Assembly: GCA_016840035.1 (NCBI GenBank) | Contig: JAEOTC010000117.1 | Span: 1-13,212 of the forward strand | Length of the DNA stretch: 13,212 nt | Reading direction: 5' to 3' | DNA from: Candidatus Hodarchaeota archaeon | GTDB lineage: Archaea; Asgardarchaeota; Heimdallarchaeia; Hodarchaeales; Hodarchaeaceae | Shown here: positions 7,493-13,212 of the stretch, piece by piece | Layout of the letters: each line of letters starts with the position of its first letter | Numbering within the stretch: position 1 is the first letter of the stretch | The notes under the pieces: model-generated | The model's input: the letters and a program-made list of their open reading frames with translations, nothing else | Told to the model about the DNA's origin: nothing | Databases searched by the model: none | Position numbers and translations under genes: made by a program

Positions 7493-7930
7493 TTGAAACG
7501 AGATCAACATTATACTAAACTCGAAAATTTGTATGAGAATCATCCTCTGAACAAATTTTATAATGCAAAGATAACAATATCAGATAAAACAGCGGAAATT
7601 ACCTTAGTATTACGTCCAGATTTTCATCATGCAGCAGACGCGGTTCACGGGTCTGTATATTGGAAGTTACTTGATGATTCTGCTTTTTTTGCGGCAAATT
7701 CCATTGTGGAGGATGTTTTTGTACTTACAGCAAACTATACGATATATTTAACCGAGCCAATTTCTACTGGGACATTAATTGCAAAAGGAAAACTTGTGCA
7801 TGCCACTCGAAGCCAATTCATTGGAGAATCCATCCTTTATAATGTTCAAGAAAAAGAGATTGCTCGAGGAAGTGGAGTTTACATTCGTAGTAAGACACAC
7901 TTATCCTCAGAAATGGGATATAAACTTTGA
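7493..7930 (+). CDS. PaaI-family hotdog-fold thioesterase
   Basis: HHAADAVHGSVYWKLLDDSA (HGG-type motif, here HGS), LTANYTIYLTEP, EIARGSGVY. TTG start. Confidence 0.88.
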   Translation: MKRDQHYTKLENLYENHPLNKFYNAKITISDKTAEITLVLRPDFHHAADAVHGSVYWKLLDDSAFFAANSIVEDVFVLTANYTIYLTEPISTGTLIAKGKLVHATRSQFIGESILYNVQEKEIARGSGVYIRSKTHLSSEMGYKL

Positions 7931-7955
7931 AGTAATGTTTTTCCCATAAGAGCAG

Positions 7956-8945
7956 TTAAACAAGAAGTACAAATCCAACAAGATAACCTAAAAGCGAACC
8001 TATTAAGGGAATAAAGGCAGTAATACGAAATAGACTTGGAAGAGGGAAGGGGTGCATTGATTCTAATCTGGTGAGATTACTCTCATTTCGTAAAATAGCT
8101 AGATCATCCCCTCCTGTTAAAACCAAAGAATGTAATATTCTCTGTTGTCGGGAAATCATTAAATTTCGTATCCAAGAGTATTTTGACCATGATCGGAAGA
8201 TCGTTAATGTGTTTGAATAGATACCTATAAAAATTAAAATCATTATAGCGAACATTCCTATCGCTATAAACCAATTCGCTTCAATTAAAGCAATCATCAT
8301 CGAGAAAAGAGTAGCTAGAGAAAATGGAAGAATGAAAGCAATAACCATAATCTCAATTAAAAGGGGGGGAAAGGCTTTGAAGATAAATGGGAAAATCCAT
8401 TGTACTTGAAAATCCACAGAGAGTTTCTTAAGGGTAAATTTCTCCTGTCCATCTTTGTCAACGTCATACTGAATGTATTCATCTAACAAGTTCACTTCTG
8501 CTAATCGTTCTGCGAAGAATATAGTTTGGTCGTGAAATTTCGACCAATTATCTCTGGTAAAGAAGTACTTAAAGCTGAGAGTAGAAATTACCAATATTTG
8601 ACCAAGAACCGAGGAAAATATGGACGTTATAACTAATAAGGAAAAAAAATCTGATTGAAGATCGGGAGGCCCAACAAATTGCCCCTCGAAGAAGAACGTG
8701 AGAATAAAATCAGTTAACATAAGAGTAGAATAAAGTAAGACAAAAAATAATCCAACTAAAATAATAATGATTGGAACTAATTCTTTTATGGATCGAAACT
8801 TATCCCGAGCATTCTTTTCCCGTTTAATATAGTCTAGAAAGGTTTCCGATTTGGGGTCGTAGTTAATCTCTTTTTTGATTTCCCAAGTAATGTCTTTCTT
8901 CAAATATATGTCTCTATTAACATCATCCAGTTTGAAAACTTCCAC
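7956..8945 (-). CDS. Hypothetical polytopic membrane protein
   Basis: 329 aa with about 5 hydrophobic segments (LVPIIIILVGLFFVLLY, FFSLLVITSIFSSVLGQILVI, LLIEIMVIAFILPFSLATLF, WFIAIGMFAIMILIFIGIY, FIPLIGSLLGYLVGFVLLV). The GTG start is uncertain. Confidence 0.75.
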   Translation of the reverse strand: MEVFKLDDVNRDIYLKKDITWEIKKEINYDPKSETFLDYIKREKNARDKFRSIKELVPIIIILVGLFFVLLYSTLMLTDFILTFFFEGQFVGPPDLQSDFFSLLVITSIFSSVLGQILVISTLSFKYFFTRDNWSKFHDQTIFFAERLAEVNLLDEYIQYDVDKDGQEKFTLKKLSVDFQVQWIFPFIFKAFPPLLIEIMVIAFILPFSLATLFSMMIALIEANWFIAIGMFAIMILIFIGIYSNTLTIFRSWSKYSWIRNLMISRQQRILHSLVLTGGDDLAILRNESNLTRLESMHPFPLPSLFRITAFIPLIGSLLGYLVGFVLLV

Positions 8946-9128
8946 AAAAGTGACTTTGCTAAGAATTAGTAGTCTTTAAACAGTAGGTATTGAGTAAGCT
9001 ATTCCTTTATTTAATAAATTTTTAGCGAAAGCTGTAACAGTTTAAGAATAGAAAAGTCTATATTAGGGTATTACTTCAAAATCGAATAATTCATACTATA
9101 CAATGTTACTATTATTTCATAAAGAGGA

Positions 9129-10064
9129 ATGTCCATGTTCTGGAAAAAAAAGGAAACCGCTGAACAAAGACTTGATTCCATTGAGAAACAGATCGAAAGT
9201 AGCGCCTCCCGATTAAGTGAGCTTTCACAAAATCTTGAACAGCGCTTGGTTGATGCTCGTTCTCAAAGTAAGAAAGAAGTTACATCAACTTTGGACGATC
9301 TTCGAGCAACTCTTGAAGCACTGAGTTTAGATCTTAACAACCAAACCTTGGATTTGTCCCAGCGAGTGGAAAAACTAGACACGAATTCAAGTAATTGGGC
9401 TTTTGCTATTAATGAGCAAGTAGAAGAGTTTCGCAAAAAATACGTTGATGTTCTAGAAGAATTACGACAAACAACGGCGATTGCAGTCGAAAAAGAAAAG
9501 CTCATGACCGAAAAATACGAAGAGCTTGTGAAACAACTAAAAGAAAAAGAAGCGTTGGCTATTGAAAAGGAATCACTTTCACAACGGCATATTGAATCTC
9601 TTCAAAGCGAGACTCAAAATAAAGCTGAAGAAGTAGAAAAATTTAAGGTTAGAATTAATGAGCTGGAGGAACAAGTGTCTTCTCGTGATAAAAAGATCGA
9701 AGAGTTACTGGCCAAAAAAGAGGAAGCAATAGAACTCGAACATCGAGTGAAACAACTGTCAGATGAGACGGAAATGCGGAAATACGAGTTAGAACGTGCT
9801 GAAACAAAGTTACATGCAATGTCCAGTGATACACGCGAGACATTGAGTGAAAATAAAATCATATCCCAATTTTTGGGAGAAACAGAATCTGGACGTATTC
9901 TTAAACATCTCATAAGCCTCGAACAAGTCACTGTTGACGAATTATCATCTATGACTGGAATAGCTACTTTTACAGTCCAGCAAATCGTCCAGCGTTTTCG
10001 TGATGTTGGAATGGTAACCTTCGAGGAAGGTACAAGAAGAGTTAGATTATCTGAAAAGTACTGA
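9129..10064 (+). CDS. Long coiled-coil protein with C-terminal winged helix-turn-helix domain
   Basis: About 230 residues of E/K/L-rich, proline-free helix, followed by GRILKHLISLEQVTVDELSSMTGIATFTVQQIVQRFRDVGMVTFEEGTRRVRL (wHTH pattern). Alternative ATG at 9135. Confidence 0.8.
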   Translation: MSMFWKKKETAEQRLDSIEKQIESSASRLSELSQNLEQRLVDARSQSKKEVTSTLDDLRATLEALSLDLNNQTLDLSQRVEKLDTNSSNWAFAINEQVEEFRKKYVDVLEELRQTTAIAVEKEKLMTEKYEELVKQLKEKEALAIEKESLSQRHIESLQSETQNKAEEVEKFKVRINELEEQVSSRDKKIEELLAKKEEAIELEHRVKQLSDETEMRKYELERAETKLHAMSSDTRETLSENKIISQFLGETESGRILKHLISLEQVTVDELSSMTGIATFTVQQIVQRFRDVGMVTFEEGTRRVRLSEKY

Positions 10065-10077
10065 ACTTGATGCACCA

Positions 10078-10614
10078 ATGGAAGTTACAATAAAAGATAC
10101 GAAAATATGTTTGATACAGGGAGATATCACTCTCGAAGAAACTGATGCAATTGTAAATGCTGCAAACACGTCTTTGCGAGGAGGGGGAGGAGTAGATGGT
10201 GCAATTCATAGAGCGGGTGGACCAACTATCCTTGAAGAATGTATAGAAAAGTATCCAAACGGGTGCAAGACTGGAGAAGCCAAGGTAACACATGGAGGAT
10301 TGTTGAAAGCTATGTGGATTATCCATACACCAGGACCAATTTGGCGAGGTGGGGGACAAAATGAACCTGAATTACTCAAAAACTCTTACAGAAACTCATT
10401 TCAGCAAGCAGAAATTATAGGTGCAACTTCAATTTCTTTTCCATCAATTTCAACAGGTGTTTATGGATTTCCCATCCAAAAAGCGGCTTTAATTGCAGTG
10501 GAAACTGTGTTAAACTGCTTACCAAGTAATAGCATTCGAGAAGTGCATTTTGTTTTATTCAGCAATCGTGACTATCAGATTTATGAAAAAACACTTACAA
10601 AACTTATGTCATAA
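10078..10614 (+). CDS. ymdB: Macrodomain O-acetyl-ADP-ribose deacetylase / ADP-ribosyl hydrolase (YmdB/MacroD type)
   Basis: GDIT, DAIVNAAN, GGGGVDGAIHRAGG, IIHTPGP, SISFPSISTGVYGFP. Confidence 0.93.
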   Translation: MEVTIKDTKICLIQGDITLEETDAIVNAANTSLRGGGGVDGAIHRAGGPTILEECIEKYPNGCKTGEAKVTHGGLLKAMWIIHTPGPIWRGGGQNEPELLKNSYRNSFQQAEIIGATSISFPSISTGVYGFPIQKAALIAVETVLNCLPSNSIREVHFVLFSNRDYQIYEKTLTKLMS

Positions 10615-10663
10615 CTACTAATAAATAAACAAGAAAAAAACAGCAAACAAAGGACTTACCTAA

Positions 10664-10831
10664 ATGGCAATAAAATCATTTTATTTCTTACAGGCCCCGC
10701 CAAATGAGCAAATATTCTTCTTAATTAGTGGTTTAATGTTAATAGTAGCCGCTCTAGTATATTACTTCTATCTGCGTCCACGTATATTTAAGCGATTGAT
10801 GGGGGATGAAGATAGAACTGGCAGAAGCTAA
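10664..10831 (+). CDS. Small single-pass membrane protein (55 aa; not in the ORF track)
   Basis: Hand translation: MAIKSFYFLQAPPNEQIFFLISGLMLIVAALVYYFYLRPRIFKRLMGDEDRTGRS*. One TM helix followed by basic residues; AGGA at 10651-10654. Confidence 0.65.
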   Translation: MAIKSFYFLQAPPNEQIFFLISGLMLIVAALVYYFYLRPRIFKRLMGDEDRTGRS

Positions 10832-10860
10832 AAACTTAAAAAACCAACAATAAGAGAAGC

Positions 10861-11031
10861 CTATGCGGTTGGAAAAATAATGACAAGTACAAATTTCAAT
10901 TCTTGTTTCGTTTTTATGGCACTTGTCACTCCAGCTATCGTGGGTCTATAAGAAAGTCGAAGAATCTTTAGATGTTCCAACCGAATTGAACCATTCTTGT
11001 CATTGTTCTGAAGAATCTTCAGGAAACCCAT
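10861..11031 (-). CDS. Possible 56-aa ORF or gene remnant (not in the ORF track)
   Basis: Hand translation: MGFLKILQNNDKNGSIRLEHLKILRLSYRPTIAGVTSAIKTKQELKFVLVIIFPTA*. A T-rich tract lies directly downstream on the minus strand (10860-10830). Confidence 0.3.
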   Translation of the reverse strand: MGFLKILQNNDKNGSIRLEHLKILRLSYRPTIAGVTSAIKTKQELKFVLVIIFPTA

Positions 11032-11032
11032 T

Positions 11033-11058
11033 TATATCAGTAATTATTGATATATCAG
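11033..11058. promoter_or_regulatory. Palindromic operator candidate upstream of the MFS gene
   Basis: TATATCAGTAATTATTGATATA (11033-11054) pairs at 10 of 11 positions. TATATCAG is also directly repeated (11033-11040 and 11051-11058). Confidence 0.45.
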
Positions 11059-11119
11059 CTCCTCAAGTTTTTTAATGACAGTATATTAACTTTGGTGTAT
11101 TGAATGATACGTAAATGAA

Positions 11120-12373
11120 GTGAACAAGATGCATAGTGATAGAAATCATCTTGAAAAACATGTAAGTTTATCTCAAGAACAGCTTGAAAGGAATATTCGC
11201 ATATTTCAGATAACAGGAATAGACATTACAGTATTACTAGTACCTGTTCTGGCACTAGTTTGGATTAAAGCCGGTTTAGAATTCAGTGAAATATTAGTCC
11301 TTCAAGGTATATTTATGATACCAATCTTGCTCTTGGAAATCCCAAGTGGATCATTCGCCGATTATTGGTCACGAAAAGGCTGTACAGCACTTTTCCACCT
11401 AATATTCGGAGCTGGAATATTCCTATACGCAATTGGGGATTCGTTTGTAATGTTTGCTTTAGCAGAATTACTGGCAGGAATAGGAATTACGTTTAAAACA
11501 GGTAGTGATACGGCTCTAATCTATGATTCTCTCTTAACCAGAAAGAAAAATCCAAATGGATATTTTGGTAGGTTAGTATCCAATAGAATGACAATAATGT
11601 TTGGCGCATCCGCGATAGGAGCAATTCTTGGTGGAGTCATTGCGTCAATGACCTTATTAAAATTACCTATATTTCTAACCTTTGTTGGGCATATGGGGTT
11701 TGCATTATTAGTCAGCTTTGGTTATACTGAGCCTCCTAGAATCCAAGCTAAGTCCCCAAAAGCTGCGATTACCTCCGCTTTGAGATCGTTGAGTGTCAAA
11801 AAGGAATTGCAGTTAGTCTTAATTGTGATGATAGCTGGAATGGTCTTTTCCAGTATTGGTTTTTGGGCCTCACAACATGTTTTCGTAAATGATTACACTA
11901 TCAATGCATTGGGAATGGGTTTCATTCTTGCTTTATTTAATATCACCGCAGGGCTGAGCTCATTGGCGTTACGATCAAAGATTTCCAGACTAGCGAACTT
12001 TCAGATGCTTTTCCTATTAATCCTGATTGATGGGATGTATCTTTTCGGGCTAATGATGGGTTCTTCCCTAATTAGTATCATCGTTCTATCTCTATTTGGA
12101 CAAGTATCGAGAGGTTCACGGATACCAATTACTCAAGCAATTGTTCAGGACCAGATCACTTCAATGGAAAGGGCAACTTTTACTTCAGTGATCTCCTTAT
12201 TTGGATCTCTGCTTTTCTTTGTGTTCTCAAATTTGATAAATCTCTTTGATCTGTCACGACAAAGTGCCTTAACAATCGGGTTACTTGGTATAATCACATG
12301 CAGTGTTGTCTTTCTTATATTGAATCTCAGAGAATATTCAATAGAACAAGCCTCTCCTAGTGTTAACCAATAA
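11120..12373 (+). CDS. Major facilitator superfamily transporter
   Basis: About 12 hydrophobic segments; motif A variant LEIPSGSFADYWSRK; FKTGSDTALIYDSL; ERATFTS. Start is GTG 11120 or ATG 11129. Confidence 0.9.
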   Translation: MNKMHSDRNHLEKHVSLSQEQLERNIRIFQITGIDITVLLVPVLALVWIKAGLEFSEILVLQGIFMIPILLLEIPSGSFADYWSRKGCTALFHLIFGAGIFLYAIGDSFVMFALAELLAGIGITFKTGSDTALIYDSLLTRKKNPNGYFGRLVSNRMTIMFGASAIGAILGGVIASMTLLKLPIFLTFVGHMGFALLVSFGYTEPPRIQAKSPKAAITSALRSLSVKKELQLVLIVMIAGMVFSSIGFWASQHVFVNDYTINALGMGFILALFNITAGLSSLALRSKISRLANFQMLFLLILIDGMYLFGLMMGSSLISIIVLSLFGQVSRGSRIPITQAIVQDQITSMERATFTSVISLFGSLLFFVFSNLINLFDLSRQSALTIGLLGIITCSVVFLILNLREYSIEQASPSVNQ

Positions 12374-12417
12374 CCACACTCCCCCCTTTTTTTGAAAGAA
12401 AAAAAACTCCAGAAAGT
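12374..12417. terminator. Bidirectional oligo-T terminator region between convergent genes
   Basis: CCCCCC-T7 (T run at 12387-12393) on the plus strand after the MFS stop. A8 at 12399-12406 is T8 on the minus strand after the acyl-CoA dehydrogenase stop. Confidence 0.6.
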
Positions 12418-13212
12418 CTATTCTGGAGCATAGTTTTTAGCCATTTCTGCACGAGAAATTACAATGCGTTGAACTTCGTTGGTACCCTCATAGATTGGTG
12501 TAATACGTGCATCTCGATAGTATCGTTCCACATCATATTCCTTAACATACCCATATCCACCGTGCATTTGAATGGCTTCATAGGTGACATGTTGTGATAT
12601 TTCAGAGCCGTAAAGCTTAGCCACACTTGCATATTCAGCGAAATCAAGACCTCTATCTTTCATCCTGGCAGCAACTAAATACGCAATACGTGCTGTGTGA
12701 ATCTTGGTAAATAGATCTGCCATCTTGAACTGAGTTACTTGGAAGCTCTCGATTGGTTTACCAAATTGCTTGCGTGATTTAACGTAGTTAACAGCTTTTC
12801 TATAGGCTGCATCAGCAATCCCGACTCCTTGAGCACCTATACCGATACGTGCGGCTGATAATTCATAGAGAACAACACTGAAACCCTTTCCTAATTTGCC
12901 TAGTGTGTTTTCCTTGGGGATCACGACATCTTGAAGAGTTACTTCTCCTGTAGCATTTCCATGTAAGCCCAGTTTTTCTTCTATTCGAGAAACTTTAAAC
13001 CCAGGATTCTTCTCTGTATCAAGAATAAAAGCTGTTAGTCCACGAGATTTTTGTTCAGGATCAGTGGATCCTAGGAAAAGGTAAGCATCCGCAATTCCAG
13101 AATTCGAAATAAAGTTTTTGGACCCATTTACGAGATAATGATCACCATTGTCGACTACTTTCGTCTTAAGAGAACCAAGATCAGAACCAGAACCAGGTTC
13201 AGTGAATAATAA
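12418..13212 (-). CDS. Acyl-CoA dehydrogenase (5' end outside the window)
   Basis: The frame is open from the window edge: LLFTEPGSGSDLGS...NGSKNFISN...EEKLGLHG...RKQFGKPI...QMHGGYGY...YRDARITPIYEGTNEVQR (catalytic Glu in YEG). The ORF-track start at 12924 is internal. Confidence 0.95.
   Translation of the reverse strand, partial: LLFTEPGSGSDLGSLKTKVVDNGDHYLVNGSKNFISNSGIADAYLFLGSTDPEQKSRGLTAFILDTEKNPGFKVSRIEEKLGLHGNATGEVTLQDVVIPKENTLGKLGKGFSVVLYELSAARIGIGAQGVGIADAAYRKAVNYVKSRKQFGKPIESFQVTQFKMADLFTKIHTARIAYLVAARMKDRGLDFAEYASVAKLYGSEISQHVTYEAIQMHGGYGYVKEYDVERYYRDARITPIYEGTNEVQRIVISRAEMAKNYAPE

Noticed and set aside
9129-10064. ESCRT-III/CdvB or SMC call
   Set aside because: No recognisable Snf7 hairpin pattern or MIM motif, and no Walker motifs. 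Only the N-terminal tip and the wHTH are reminiscent.
4195-10067. Selenocysteine or other UGA readthrough at the TGA stops of the HAD, LMW-PTP, Grx and coiled-coil genes
   Set aside because: Each TGA falls at the natural end of the domain rather than at a Cys-equivalent site. Readthrough gives short tails out of frame with the next gene, and I recognised no SECIS-like hairpin.
9263-10359. Antisense ORFs 9263..9505, 9614..10078, 9655..9843 and 10042..10359
   Set aside because: Antisense shadows of the coiled-coil and macrodomain genes. The Ser-rich composition of the first two is what reverse-complemented Glu codons produce.
12459-12924. ORF 12459..12647(-) and the 12924 start for the acyl-CoA dehydrogenase
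   Set aside because: The first is an alternative-frame shadow. The dehydrogenase frame stays open to the window edge with conserved motifs, so 12924 is not the start.
13171-13197. Short AGAACC repeats
   Set aside because: They encode the conserved PGSGSDLGS motif of the acyl-CoA dehydrogenase.

Overview
AT-rich, gene-dense chromosomal window with no mobile element, CRISPR array or RNA gene that I can support. It is most likely archaeal: TATA-like boxes, a GGTGA ribosome-binding motif, oligo-T terminators without hairpins, a sequon-rich surface glycoprotein and a CPC/CPC/CYC ferredoxin:thioredoxin reductase. The gene mix is suggestive of an Asgard archaeon, but that is inference. In order, it contains a ~1000-aa secreted, C-terminally anchored S-layer-like glycoprotein (minus strand), a HAD hydrolase, an LMW phosphatase and a conserved helical hypothetical protein. 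These are followed by a redox cluster (glutaredoxin, FTR catalytic subunit, reductive-dehalogenase/QueG-like cobamide-2x[4Fe-4S] protein, and a convergent CxC thioredoxin-like miniprotein). Next come a PaaI thioesterase, an unknown membrane protein divergent from a coiled-coil/winged-helix protein, a macrodomain protein, two small ORFs missed by the ORF track, an MFS transporter and a 5'-truncated acyl-CoA dehydrogenase. The best candidates for something new are the Grx-FTR-cobamide reductase module and the 'MFWKKK'-hendecad coiled-coil-wHTH protein.
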